A DNA stretch of 64,000 nucleotides from Chrysomallon squamiferum (taxonomy: Eukaryota > Animalia > Mollusca). The translations under genes and the position numbers were made by a program. Below, piece by piece: positions 16,098 to 29,932 of the stretch; position 1 is the stretch's first letter, and each line of letters starts with the position of its first letter. The notes under the pieces were generated by a model. It was not told where the DNA came from and ran no database searches. It saw only the letters and a list, made by a program, of their open reading frames with translations. The stretch covers positions 29,636,001-29,700,000 of the forward strand of contig CM022673.1 of the NCBI GenBank assembly GCA_012295275.1, written 5' to 3'.

Positions 16098-16764
16098 TAT
16101 ATAATAAATAAATAAACAAACAGTAGCAACTCAGTATAGACACACTCCAGTAATCAATGTAAGGTAATAAAGAAACAGACAGTCATAACCTCTTTCTCCA
16201 AAGAAAAATAATAATAAAAATAATGCAGTCCAAAAATAGACTCCACAGTCAGCATCTTCAGCTATTAAAGGAAAAAGATGATCCTGGTCTGATCGCGTTA
16301 AACGAGTGGACTTCTTTCTCAAGTAAATATCAAAACTAATGTATTTCCCCCACCATTAAACATTTCTAATTGTACAAGTGAAATTAAAAAAATCGTACAT
16401 GAATGCGAGCTAAGAAAAATGTGCCGATGGACTATTTTAAATGGACGTCCACAAAATCTTAGCATCCATTACATGTTCAGTCTCTCCACGGCCGAGCAAA
16501 TATTGGTCGAGCATAATGTGGTCAATTAGCGCCGTCAGCAAACAAACCAGAGTAGGCAACCGTGCTCCCTCGATCAGCAAATATTTCTGTTACTGAAAAG
16601 AAAGACGAGGACGGGCCGCTGTTTGTGACAGTGCTTGTATTGGGCACAGTGTAAGTTATTAAGTGCTTCGACAATTGACACTTAAATCTGCTAAACTGAT
16701 CGACAAATGTTTAATAACCTTATTAAATGTCATTGACCCCAGAAACATCTCACACTCACACACT

Positions 16765-17040
16765 CACACACTCTCCCTCTCTCTCCCTCTCTCTCCCACT
16801 CTCTCCCACTCTCTCCCACTCTCTCTCTCCCACTCTCTCTCTCCCCCTCTCTCTCCCCCTCTCTCCCCCCCTCTCTCCCCCCCTCTCTCCCTCTCCCTCT
16901 CCCCCCTCCCCCTCCCCCTAGAAAGACTGTTGTGATGCAGAGAGAGAACGAAGAAGGACAGAGAAGGGATGAGGGAGAGAAAGAAGGGATGAGGGAGAGA
17001 AAGAAGGGAGTGAGGCAGAGAAAGAGAGAGAGAGAGTGTG
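16765..17040. repeat. Polypyrimidine (CT/C-rich) tract followed by polypurine (GA-rich) tract
   Basis: 16770-16918 is almost pure C/T; 16938-17036 is almost pure G/A. Confidence 0.9.
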
Positions 17041-17629
17041 TGTTTTACTAATAATTTATTTAATTGGTTGTTGTCCATCTGATTAGTTAATTAATTAATA
17101 GAATATCTACAATTCTACCCTTCAGTTTGCTTCCGCATCCCGGCATTTCCAAATTACAGTCCCTTTTTCCATAATTATATAATTATCATAAAGCGTCTGA
17201 TTCACATCTTGGTAATCTATTTTACAATTAGCATCATAATACTTTATTAGTTCCTTTCTTCATTTTCTAGCTTTTACTGTTCTTATTAACATCAACATTA
17301 TTATTAATACTAGTTGTAGTGGTAGTAGTTGTTGTTGTTGTTGTTGTTGTTATGGGTAGCAGCAGTAATATTCTAATATCTGTATTAGTTTTCTGTACGA
17401 AGTGAATAAATATTACATTCTGATCTTTATTCATATACGTAAGTTGGCTTCGTGACATATTGACGTAAAGGTTTTATTAAACAAACAACAGTTTGTCATA
17501 CAGAACAAACATTTTGGTCATTTACAGCAAGTCTTAATTAGCAGCCTCCGCCCTGTTCAACACACTGTGCAGACTTTCACCGCGTCAGCCAAATGTTACA
17601 TTTTGCATTTTGGACAATGAAATAGATGG

Positions 17630-17977
<348 letters not shown>

Positions 17978-18045
17978 TTACAGGAATGTTTTAAATCTGA
18001 ATTTATTTCCTATTTTTGTTATCTCTACTACTACTACTACTACTA

Positions 18046-18092
18046 CAGGGGCGGTATCAAACTAATGAAGCTTAAACTTCAGGACACCTATT
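18046..18092 (+). mobile_element. hAT-type (MER53-like) MITE terminus fragment
   Basis: CAGGGGCGG..CTAATGAAGCTTAAACTTCAGG resembles the MER53-type end (CAGRGGCGG..CTAATGAAGCTTAAGCTTCAGGGCCCC, recalled from memory). Confidence 0.5.
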
Positions 18093-18489
18093 ACAGGAGG
18101 GACACCCAGAACAGAATTTAGTCCACAGTTCTTAACAATTTTCATCCAGATCTGAGATACTGTGGTTAAATTATTAAATTAAAAAAAAGCTATTCTGTCT
18201 TGGAACAAGATCACTGAAGAAGAAAACAGAGGTTGTCCAGATCTTGTCGCTGCTGGCGAATTGCCTCCATAACATTTCAAGCTTCAATGTACTGACTGCT
18301 ACTGTTACAATGCTGCTACTATTACTACTACATAAGAACGACGACTACTACTACAATTAATTCTGTTACTACTGCTGTTATTGCTTATTACTGTTATCGT
18401 TATTATTATTATTTATTATTATTATCATCTTTATCATCATCGTCGTCGTATTCCATGAGATTCTGAACAAAAAATACTATGTATGTACG

Positions 18490-18673
18490 TAGTTTAGGAT
18501 TTTGAATATTCTCTGTCTTATGTACGTCTGATTAGACTCTGCACATAGACAGTATTCATGAACGCACTGGCGCAGGAGGACAAAGTCCAATCACGACCTC
18601 ACAAACCCGTCGAGATTCGAACGTATGACACTCCGAAAGCGGACGACGTTACCGTTCGGCCATCGAGACCACC
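18490..18673 (-). mobile_element. tRNA-derived SINE-like fragment
   Basis: Minus strand begins ggtggtctcgaTGGCCGAACGG (A-box-like)...cGTTCGAATC (B-box-like); no complete cloverleaf is evident. Confidence 0.6.
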
Positions 18674-18679
18674 TTGTGT

Positions 18680-18909
18680 TTATGTATGTATGTATGTATG
18701 TATGTATGTATGTATGATGTATGTATGTATGTATGTATGTATGTATGTATGTATGTATGTATGTATGTATGTATGTATCTATGTATCTATGTATGTATGT
18801 ATGTATGTATGTATGTATGTATATATGTGTATGTATGTATGTATGTATCTATGTATATGTATGTATGTATATATGTATGTATGTATATATGTATATATGT
18901 ATATGTATG

Positions 18910-18940
<31 letters not shown>

Positions 18941-19080
18941 ATATGTATGTATGTATTTATGTATGTATGTGTGTGTGTGTCTGTATGTATGCATGTATGG
19001 TATAGTTATGTACGTAGGTATGTATATATTTGTATGGGTGCATGTGTGTGTACGTGTATGTATACTTGGGTGTGTATGTG
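18680..19080. repeat. (TATG)n microsatellite
   Basis: Long imperfect atgt/tatg array. Confidence 0.95.
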
Positions 19081-19389
19081 TTTATTTGAATGTGGTAACG
19101 TTTTCATTATATGAATTATCTGTTATATAATTATAAATTTGTCATTAATTATCATTTAGTTAATAATGTGATTAAACCAGCGATTTGTGACATATTAAAA
19201 GATGAAACCTTCTGGATAGTGTACTTTGCCAGGAAAATTGATTTCCGCTAGTTTAGAGCAAAATTAAAACCTTAATCAGGGTTTATCAGGCCACAAATCT
19301 GGTTATTTTGATTCAAACAGACATATAGACAGACAGTCAGGTAAACAGACAGACAGACGGACAGATAGATAGACTGTCAGACATATATA

Positions 19390-19423
<34 letters not shown>

Positions 19424-19506
19424 AAGATGGATAGATACACATATAGACAGACAGACAGACAGACAGACAGATAGATAGATAGATATACACAGATGGATCT
19501 GAATGC

Positions 19507-19600
<94 letters not shown>

Positions 19601-19969
19601 GAGAAAGATGGCCAAACAGAAAGACTGAAAGAGATTCAGGCAGAGAACTAGAAAGAGAAACAGACAAAACTAGGCAGAGACAGAGATACAGAAAGAAAAA
19701 GAGCTAAAAAGGAGAAAGACACAAGAAAGAGAGAAGAAAGAAGAAACTGTATATGCGTGGGTGTGTGCGTGTATCAAACAAAGTGCACGCGCATCTTCAG
19801 TCAATTTTGACAAATGTTTTTTTTTTTTATTCTACCATCAGCCAGTCCTTGCTTGCATTTCCCAATTATCCCAGACTTAATACAAACGACGAAAAGACAA
19901 TTGGTGTAACTGCCTTAGTTAGTCATCAGCTGTTTGTTTTATTAGTGCAGTTCTTTGTCGCAATACGAA

Positions 19970-20150
19970 AACGTCGCGTCACGTAGACTGGAAACGTCAC
20001 TTCGCGCTTCTCCAGGAAAGATCCTCAGTAATGAGTGCACGGCCAATCACATCTTTGGAAAACTGTGGGCGTTGCTAGGAATAAATTGGCGAACCCCAGG
20101 ACAAGGAAAGCACAAGAACTAGTGTTACGGAACGAAGCAGATCTATAAAA
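19970..20150 (+). promoter_or_regulatory. Putative core promoter of elevenin copy A
   Basis: Two CGTCA (CRE half-site) motifs near 19977-19999, CCAAT at 20043-20047 and TATAAAA at 20144-20150, followed by a plausible non-coding exon. Confidence 0.55.
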
Positions 20151-20173
20151 GACGTTTCCCCTGTTGACATCTG

Positions 20174-20279
20174 CTGAAAGCACTGAACAAACGTCGAACA
20201 GAAGGAGGTCTTTGCTAGTTTGTGGCTTTTCTCTACACTTTCTGGATCGTTATCAAGAGGAGAAAAATAAGCAGCAAAG
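20174..20279 (+). other. elevenin: Putative 5'UTR exon 1 of elevenin copy A (start approximate)
   Basis: Begins ~30 nt after the TATA box and ends at donor AAG|gtattt (20280). The ATG exon has an acceptor only 2 nt before the ATG, so an upstream non-coding exon is expected. Confidence 0.45.
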
Positions 20280-21307
20280 GTATTTTAATTCATCACATCG
20301 AAACTTTAGTTTCACACATGTTGCAGTGTTTGTTACATTCATATCAGACTTTAAGTACATATTATTCAAGTTTTACTGATGTTACATGTTTAGTGTATTT
20401 CAGTCGACTTATATTGACATGATATTTTCATTACAATTCAGTGTTAATTATCATTGATGTTTCATTTAAGTTATATTCACGTTGTATTTCGAAAATATTT
20501 TATTTGCCTTATGTTAATGTTATTCTTTCAATTATAATTCAGTCTTATATTTTTAGCATGTCTCAAATTATTTCAATCGCCTTATGTTATATTTTCAGTT
20601 TAGCTATATTGCAAACCCGTTTTAAGACAGTACTTTTATATTCGTGTTATATTTATATTATTTGCCTATGTCACTTTAAGACAATCTTTTCCTGTATTTG
20701 GGTTTGGGTTATTTTCAAGTAAGTTTTCGTGGGTAATAGCTGTAATTAGAATAAAGAATTGTGCTATGATAACTGTTAAGGTAAATTAAAATTTTATATA
20801 ATTACCATAATAACTGAATATTCTTTTGTTTTCATAATATAAATATATCCTTATCTTTCTCCCATTTTTGTTTTCGTTTGTTTTGTTTGTTTTTCGTTTC
20901 TTCTTTATTCTCTCTTCTCTCACTCTCTCTCTGTCACTCTCTTTCTCTCTCCCTCCCTCTCTCCCTCACTCTCTCTTCTGAAGTCATTTTGATATTTAGT
21001 CGTATGAATCTAAAATTAATCAGTTCTTATCTGCCCCCAGCAACTCGAATATGTGTTGAATTTCAGACTAAAGTGGATCAGTGTAAATAACAAGAATTGC
21101 AAATTAACCAGACACTCGAAAACATTCAATTTAATTTGACACGTCATAAAGTAATATATAAAGAACACACTTGCGCATTAGTAACAATCAAGTGACTGTT
21201 CTTAGACCGAATTTTGTAAAAAACAAAATAAAAAATAAAAAATTAAAAATAATATTTAATTTAACATTAACATCATCATTATCTTATCTACGTATTTTCT
21301 GATTATC

Positions 21308-21446
<139 letters not shown>

Positions 21447-22333
21447 ACGTATAAAACTAGTTTTAGATAATAAATCTATTGTTAAACTTGTAAAGAATTC
21501 TCTGTTTCTAAATCTGATTTTCAATAGATCTCCATCTGCACTGTTAATGTCCCCATTGTGAAGTCGACATTCCTTACATTCTTTTTGTTTTTTTACTATA
21601 AAGAAAGCTTTCTTTATTTTACTACTTTGATACTGATTTTTTTTCAAATTTGTTATTATTATTATTATTATTATCATAATACAAATACAAACATAAATAT
21701 AATAATAACAATAACAGTAATAATTATTAGTAAAATTACACCACTGATTATTGAATAAGAATGAACATGATTCAGTTTTCAGTTGATTCTCTTTCTAACG
21801 ATTTTGATTCATCAGTATTCTAAACAGCTAGGATGCTATTCCTGCTAATACCTTTGACCAGACAGAAGCAGTTAATTTGTTCGTTTAACGTCGTTTCTAG
21901 AACACAGGAATAATAATAAAAAAAAACATGCTTTGATATTGCTACAGTTATGTGATGAAATATCGTTTCATTGATATCCGTGATAACACTGTGATAGTGA
22001 AACACGGCAGTTTTGTATGTTACAACAGCCTCGTTGCTATTCTAACTACTTGATAATGAAACACGTTTGAGCTGCATGTTTCAGTACAGTTCTTTGTTAT
22101 CAGTGATTACAGGCTGACAGTGAAACAGGTTCGTGTTGTATATTACAATATGTCTCGCTGATATCACTCGTTGATAGTGAAACGAGATAGAATAATATCA
22201 CTATGTTAACCGTTACGGCATGCCTCACTGATATTCGTGATAACACTTTGATGGTGAAAAACTGTTTTGCTACCTGTTACCATATTCTTTAAAGTGAAAC
22301 AGCATGATATAAAAACAAGACAAACATACAAAC

Positions 22334-22386
<53 letters not shown>

Positions 22387-22959
22387 GTAATTAATAATCT
22401 TCTGCTTGTTATTTTATTGTTCGAGTCAGTACCAAGAACACTGTAAAATAATATCACTGATGTCGTCAGATTTTATACGTTTTTCTTTTTAACATGCAAA
22501 TCATCATCCAAACAATAATCATACAGCATTTGCAGTTTGCTTCATCAGTGTTGAACTATTTCTCGTTGCAGTCAATGTCAAACAGCTGCTTTGCTGTCCA
22601 GTGTACTGTGTATATAAAAGATGCTTTGCTGCAAATGACAGGCAAATAGCTCAGCTTAGCTGCTTGAACTGCAGAACGTTTCCCCACACGTCAGTTACAC
22701 ACATACATAGCTGTGTTGTTTAAAACATTCTCCACTTATTTCTTTACTTGTTACTATATACTCTATATCTATGTCTATATATCAAAATATCTTTCTTTAT
22801 GTACGTATTATTATTATACATACGTAGATATGTTCTCTATTCCTCTCTTTATTTACTTGATAAACAATAAAAACTGTCTCTCAACATATCTGCTTCTTTA
22901 TCTACTACAGACATACAAAACTATGCTCTTCAGAACGCCTCTCTGTAACATGCATCTCT

Positions 22960-23810
22960 TTATCTGTTTGTATACTAAACACAGCTGTGTTCTATAGAAC
23001 TCTCTCTGTATATCTACTTGTATACTAAAGACATACACAGCTGTGTTCTATAGAACTCTCTCTGTATATCTACTTGTATACTAAAGACATACACAGCTGT
23101 GTTCTATAGAATTCTGTAAATCTACTTGTATACTAAAGACATACACAGCTGTGTTCTATAGAACTCTCTCTGTATATCTACTTGTATACTAAACACAGCT
23201 GTGTTCTATAGAACTCTCTCTGTATATCTACTTGTATACTAAAGACATACACAGCTGTGTTCTATAGAACTCTCTCTGTATATCTACTTGTATACTAAAC
23301 ACAGCTGTGTTCTATAGAAGTCTCTCTGTATATCTACTTGTATACTAAAGACATACACAGCTGTGTTCTATAGAACTCTCTCTGTATATCTACTTGTATA
23401 CTAAAGACATACACAGCTGTGTTCTATAGAACTCTCTCTGTATATCTACTTGTATACTAAACACAGCTGTGTTCTATAGAACTCTCTCTGTATATCTACT
23501 TGTATACTAAAGACATACACAGCTGTGTTCTATAGAACTCTCTCTGTATATCTACTTGTATACTAAAGACATACACAGCTGTGTTCTATAGAACTCTCTC
23601 TGTATATCTACTTGTATACTAAACACAGCTGTGTTCTATAGAACTCTCTCTGTATATCTACTTGTATACTAAAGACATACACAGCTGTGTTCTATAGAAC
23701 TCTCTCTGTATATCTACTTGTATACTAAACACAGCTGTGTTCTATAGAACTCTCTCTGTATATCTACTTGTTACTGTAGAGATACAGAGCTGTGTTCTTT
23801 AGAACTACTC
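22960..23810. repeat. Minisatellite with 56/50-bp unit (intron 1, copy A)
   Basis: Unit ctgtgttctatagaactctctctgtatatctacttgtatactaa[agacat]acacag repeated about 15 times, with degenerate flanking copies. Confidence 0.95.
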
Positions 23811-25309
23811 TCAATACATATGTCTTTTTTTCTACTCGTTACCATAGACATATAAAATTATGTTCTTTAGAAAGCCTGTCAATATATATATCTCTTTATC
23901 TACGTATACTAAAGACATACATAGTTGTGTCTCTGTATATCTACTTGTTACTGTAGAGATACAGAGCTGTGTTCTTTAGAACGTCTCTCAATACATCTGT
24001 CTCTTTATCTGTTTGCTACTATAGACGCAGTTATCTTATTTATGTTTTTGAGTATAGAAATTAGAAAGTAAACATACTGATCTCTGGAATAAGATGTTTG
24101 AATTTGTATTTCAAATCCTGAAAGAAACGACGTACAATTAATACATTTGGACCAAACTGTCTTCAGAATAACACAGCATTTATTTGATTTAACTTTAACT
24201 TAATAACTGTGGTGATATTTCATTTTAATTTAATAACGTTTCAATGACATCGTATCAGTTTCGACTGAGGAATTGTTTGGGGGTAGCGGGGAGGGGGTTG
24301 CTCAGAATGAAAATAACAAAGTGACTTTAGATAAAAACACATTTGCCAATCAGCTACTGCATGTAAGAAGAAAAGCTCTACTGATATACATCTCAGAAGG
24401 AGATTAAAAAAAAGAAAAGAAACGATCTTTCACCACTGACGTAAGATTAGATTTGAAGTGCTGTATGTGTCTAACATGACGTTAATTTGCCGAGTCTGTT
24501 AGTCCTGCGTTCACGCTGAAATGCGACCCTTTGGTCTGCAGAAATTAAATCACGCAGAGAGAAACATTGATTACACAATCGTGTTGATCAATACGTATTT
24601 GATGTATGAACGAAAATAATTGTTTCTCTGATTTCAAATAAATGAGATCTTCTCTTGCAAATCATAAAATTGTCAAAATATTGATGTGGCAGCGTTCACA
24701 ATCCCCACAACTTCGGTTCCGACAGTTTCTGTAACTGTCGACATGAACAAATTTAGTGGAAACTGTAAGCTAATCAACCGAACATTATAATTATTTTCTT
24801 TCGTACGTTTTTCTTTCTTTCTTTTTATTTTTTTTTTTTTTTTTTAAATAATTGTTTAAAAAAGGGGTGCATTAAAAAATTTATTTATTTAAGAACGTTT
24901 ATAATTCTCATCGGTAATAAAGCCACTCCTTTACGTTTTGTTTAAAATAACTAACTAAATAAATAAATAAATATATATATAATAGTTTTTTATCTGTTTA
25001 CCTCTGTTAGTTCATGCTAAATGTTGTTATAATTCGCTATGTTACATTGCTTTGTTACATCTTGTTATGCTATTTTATATCATGTCGTCCATTTATGTTA
25101 TATTTTGGTATAACACCATATCATGCTCTGTTCTGATATTCTATGTTATGTTATGTTACGTCATATTTCGTAATATTGCATCAGAATGCATTCGTATTTA
25201 AATCTGTATATCATTATATGTATCGCGTGTTTTATTTTAAACTATATAAAAATATAATGTCTTTCGCACAGATTTAAAAATTGTCTTTTTTTTAAAAATC
25301 TTTTCAGAT

Positions 25310-25407
25310 ATGAAAAATCTGAGTTCCGTGGAGAGGCTCACTCTGATTATTGGCTTGGTTTTGCTGGCAATGTCGTGTCTGGTACAAACGAAAAACGTTA
25401 ACTGTTC
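25310..25407 (+). CDS. elevenin: Elevenin (L11-family) neuropeptide precursor, copy A, first coding exon (signal peptide + start of mature peptide)
   Basis: Acceptor ttttcag (25301-25307), ATG at 25310, reads MKNLSSVERLTLIIGLVLLAMSCLVQT-KNVNC-(TC), phase-2 donor gtaagt at 25408. Hydrophobic signal-peptide core LTLIIGLVLLAM. Confidence 0.9.
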
Positions 25408-26201
25408 GTAAGTATCAATTTTTAAAATGAGAAGATTTTAGTTAAATAAATATACTGTATTTACTCGCGTGTATGGCACATCTTGAGCATTGAATTAAAA
25501 ACAAATTCGTACAAAATTAATGAAATATTCATCCTCGGAAAATAGCTTTTATATCAAGCACTGAAATTGCTCCCCTGTCCAAAAATCAAACATGTTTCAG
25601 ATAATTTTACATAAAAACAGCTAAAAAATACCAAGCTTACAAAAATACAATAAAAAGTCAAGCTTAAGAGAAAAAGCTGAATGGCGCCCATGGAACGTGT
25701 CATACTTTCATACTAAAGTACGCCACTGTGTAATACACAGAATGTGTATTGGCTGCACGTTCAGTGAAACAAGACGTCTGTAAGAAAGTGCGTGTAAAAG
25801 ATGAGTTTTAGTTAATCAATACGAACAGAAGTAATGATAATAATAATAATAACAACAATGAATGAATGAATGAATGATGAAATAGTAGTAGTAAATTTAA
25901 ATTAAAAATAATAAAATAAAATTATAAATTAAGTAAATAATACAAATCTGTTTGACATTTCCCTCCCCAACAAAGAAAAATACCATTAAAAATATCTTTT
26001 ACATTATGACTTGTACCAACCAAAGTATTCTTCTTTTGTAAATATATATATATATATATATCTGAAAGCTTGTTTACCTTTTTATTAGTTATGTAACGAT
26101 GACAATATATAATATATATATATACATACATACATCGATTTATAAATTCATACGCACACACATATGTATGTATGTATTTTTGTATGTGTGTGTGCGTGTA
26201 C

Positions 26202-26237
<36 letters not shown>

Positions 26238-26288
26238 ATCGTTACATCGTTAATAAAAATGTAAACAAAATTTCAGATATATATGAGT

Positions 26289-26351
<63 letters not shown>

Positions 26352-27376
26352 AAATTATGTAATTTTATATTATCTCAGAATATTTTAATTTGTCTTATAA
26401 TGTGTATCATGTTTTCTAAAACAAGATACTAATATACTGTATATCAACATTATAATAATAGTCATCTGGTGTTGAAATAACCATGCACTGTCTAAATAGG
26501 TAATGTATTAACCTCCGCTGACATTTACTTATTACGAAGTTACTAATCGTGAGTTTGAGAGAAAACATCAACAGGTGATTATGTAAAACACGTAAGCCAA
26601 AAACATTTGCTAATCAATTGTACCTCTGACCTCCGACTGAACTCTCACAAGTTATCACACACTGAAATGTTTGGATAGTTAACACAGCATCTACTGACAT
26701 AAAATTTTATATTTTATTCAACTGGAAGAAGTAGAACTTGCCGAGCACAAAGACCAAACATTCTTCTCGTATCGGAAATCGTTTCATAATTTGTAGCGTG
26801 GACAGTGTTATTTGTGTTTAATGTCGCTTTTATTTGTCTAAAATTCTGTTTATTACGATGCTGCACGCGCATATGGATTGTAGTCAGTGACTGGTTTAGA
26901 AGACTAAAAACAGTGATATTTATAATTACACGTCCAAACATAATGTCTACACCACGCGCAAGAAACAAGTCAAAACACAGAGATCGTAAGATCGATCCTC
27001 TTTGGTAGATGGTTCTATGAGTTACTAAAGAGAACGCTCCCAAAACCGGTCGTGGTTTTTCTATGGGTGAGGTTGTATATAAAACATTTCTGGTCCTGGA
27101 CGATAAGAGAAAAAGGTTGGATGGCGAAAATGGATTTCCTATCAGTTTTGTACAAAAAAATCAAAATGTTGAGATGTCAGTAAAAAGGCCCAACAAAAAT
27201 AAAAATGAAAATAAATAAATAAATAAATAATATAATGACAACCCATTCATTCCCTTCGTACATACTTCAGTAACGTCATCAAAGATGTAGCATGTCAGTA
27301 TAGTTGTCTGTTTCATATATGCTTCAGTTAAAGACACAGCATGTCAGTATAGTTGTCTATTATTTATGCATTTCAG

Positions 27377-27451
27377 GGCTTATCCATACGCACCCAAATG
27401 TCTCGGTATTGCAGTGAAAAGAGGCGACCCATCACTTTTAGACACCAGACT
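27377..27451 (+). CDS. elevenin: Elevenin precursor, copy A, second coding exon (rest of mature peptide, KR cleavage site, pro-region start)
   Basis: Acceptor tttcag, phase-compatible with the previous exon: (S)AYPYAPKCLGIAV-KR-GDPSLLDTR(L), donor gtaagt at 27452. The spliced peptide has C-x8-C followed by xG-aliphatic and KR, matching the elevenin pattern (cf. Aplysia L11 RPRIDCTRFVFAPACRGVSA). Confidence 0.9.
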
Positions 27452-28272
27452 GTAAGTATTGTCTTAACTTCTGATTTGCTTTGAAATTTGTGTTGTTATT
27501 ATTACTGTTGTTGTCGCTAAGGTTATAGTTTTTCTAATGATTAAACATGACAAAATTAAGTCATGTCTCGACGGGGGCTGATATTTTTCTTTACTCTTGA
27601 CATCTGTATAAAAAAAAAATTCTGATGAAATACGGATACTCATATTTTGTAATAATTTACACTTTATCAGATTTGTTTTTTATTTCTGATATATAAATAA
27701 TTTTTTAATTAAAGAGAAAATGCCAGCTTTTGCCATTTTTTAATTTTATTTTTATAATTAATTATTAGCAAAGATCAATCGCCATAAATAAAGCAAATAC
27801 TTTGAAGGTTATAAAATATTATTTTTAGATGCTGAATCGTACTACAGCATGTACACTTTAAATCAGTTTATTGCTTTCTGAAAATCAGCTTCTTTTTTTT
27901 CCCTTTTTTTTTCTTTAAAGTTGAGTCTTGAACGAGTTAATTTAGTTTAGCAGTTATTTTGTTAGTTACTCCCAGAAGATTGTCAACTCTTCTCATTGCA
28001 TCAGTTCAGCTATTTCCCGTCCACACCTCATCATCAAAACCTTCTTTTGTGAACGTGTTGCTTACACACTTTAGACGAACAACAGATAAGACATTACAAT
28101 GAAAACCACATCTACTTTGTAAAAAATATATAGGAAACGTAATTATCTTTGTACATTCGCTACATCTTTTAAACAGTAAGAGAAGTATAATATTTGTGGT
28201 ATATGATTTATTTTCACAGGTTTTATATATTTACACATATACACAAAACAACACACATGCACATACATACAT

Positions 28273-28472
28273 NNNNNNNNNNNNNNNNNNNNNNNNNNNN
28301 NNNNNNNNNNNNNNNNNNNNNNNNNNNNNNNNNNNNNNNNNNNNNNNNNNNNNNNNNNNNNNNNNNNNNNNNNNNNNNNNNNNNNNNNNNNNNNNNNNNN
28401 NNNNNNNNNNNNNNNNNNNNNNNNNNNNNNNNNNNNNNNNNNNNNNNNNNNNNNNNNNNNNNNNNNNNNNNN
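28273..28472. other. Assembly gap (200 N)
   Basis: Run of 200 N, probably a fixed-size scaffolding placeholder. Confidence 1.
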
Positions 28473-28612
28473 TCCAGGAAAGATCCTCAGTAATGAGTGC
28501 ACGGCAATCACATCTTTGGAAAACTGTGGGCGTTGCTAGGAATAAATTGGCGAACCCTAGGACAAGGGAAAGCACAAGAACTAGTGTTACGGAACGAAGC
28601 AGATCTATAAAA
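28473..28612 (+). promoter_or_regulatory. Putative core promoter of elevenin copy B (5' part lost in the gap)
   Basis: Duplicate of 20011-20150; TATAAAA at 28606-28612. Confidence 0.5.
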
Positions 28613-28635
28613 AGACGTTTCCCCTGTTGACATCT

Positions 28636-28746
28636 GCTGAAAGCACCCTGAACAAACGTCGAACAGAAGGAGGTCTTTGCTAGTTTGTGGCTTTTCTCTA
28701 CACTTTCTGGATCGTTATCAAAGAGAGAGAAAAATAAGCAGCAAAG
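28636..28746 (+). other. elevenin: Putative 5'UTR exon 1 of elevenin copy B (start approximate)
   Basis: Duplicate of copy A exon 1; donor AAG|gtattt at 28747. Confidence 0.45.
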
Positions 28747-29801
28747 GTATTTTTTAATTCATCACATCGAAACTTTAGTTTCACACATGTTGCAGTGTTT
28801 GTTACATTCATATCAGACTTTAAGTACATATTATTCAAGTTTTACTGATGTTACATGTTTAGTGTATTTCAGTCGACTTATATTGACATGATATTTTCAT
28901 TACAATTCAGTGTTAATTATCATTGATGTTTCATTTAAGTTATATTCACGTTTGTATTTCGAAAATATTTTATTTGCCTTTATGTTAATGTTATTCTTTC
29001 AATTATAATTCAGTCTTATATTTTTAGCATGTCTCAAATTATTTCAATCGCCTTATGTTATATTTTCAGTTTAGCTATATTGCAAAACCCGTTTTTAAGA
29101 CAGTACTTTTATATTCGTGTTATATTTATATTATTTGCCTATGTCACTTTAAGACAATCTTTTCCTGTATTTGGGTTTGGGTTATTTTCAAGTAAGTTTT
29201 CATGGGTAATAGCTGTAATTAGAATAAAAAATTGTGCTATGATAACTGTTAAGGTAAATTAAAATTTGTACACCCCTTTTATACACCTCTTCTATAATTA
29301 CCATAATAACTGAATATTCTTTTGTTTTCATAATATAAATATATCCTTATCTTTCTCCCATTTTTGTTTTCGTTTGTTTTGTTTGTTTTTCGTTTCTTCT
29401 TTATTCTCTCTTCTCTCACTCTCTCTCTCTGTCTCTCTTTCTCTCCCTCCCTCTCTCTCCCTCACTCTCTCTTCTGAAGTCATTTTGATATTTAGTCGTA
29501 TGAATCTAAAATTAATCAGTTCTTATCTGCCCCCAGCAACTCGAATATGTGTTGAATTTCAGACTAAAGTGGATCAGTGTAAATAACAAGAATTGCAAAT
29601 TAACCAGACACTCGAAAACATTCAATTTAATTTGATACGTCATAAAGAAATATATAAAGAACACACTTGCGCATTAGTAACAATCAAGTGACTGTTCTTA
29701 GACCGAATTTTGTAAAAAACAAAATAAAAAATAAAAAATTAAATAATATTTAATTTAACATTAACATCATCATTATCTTATCTACGTATTTTCTGATTAT
29801 C

Positions 29802-29932
<131 letters not shown>

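Noticed and set aside
18590-18673. Possible tRNA gene on the minus strand
   Set aside because: A/B-box-like motifs are present but there is no acceptor stem or cloverleaf; called as a SINE-like fragment instead.
22960-23810. CRISPR-like look of the palindromic regular repeat (also 31450-32345 and 39167-39632)
   Set aside because: Units are head-to-tail with no unique spacers, there are no cas genes, and the context is a eukaryotic intron.
26714-27043. 109-aa minus-strand ORF and its 150-aa duplicate at 35249-35701
   Set aside because: No recognisable domain, non-ATG start, and the two copies differ by frameshifting indels. It lies in elevenin intron 2.
28143-28630. ORFs containing X runs
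   Set aside because: Artefacts of translating through the N gap.
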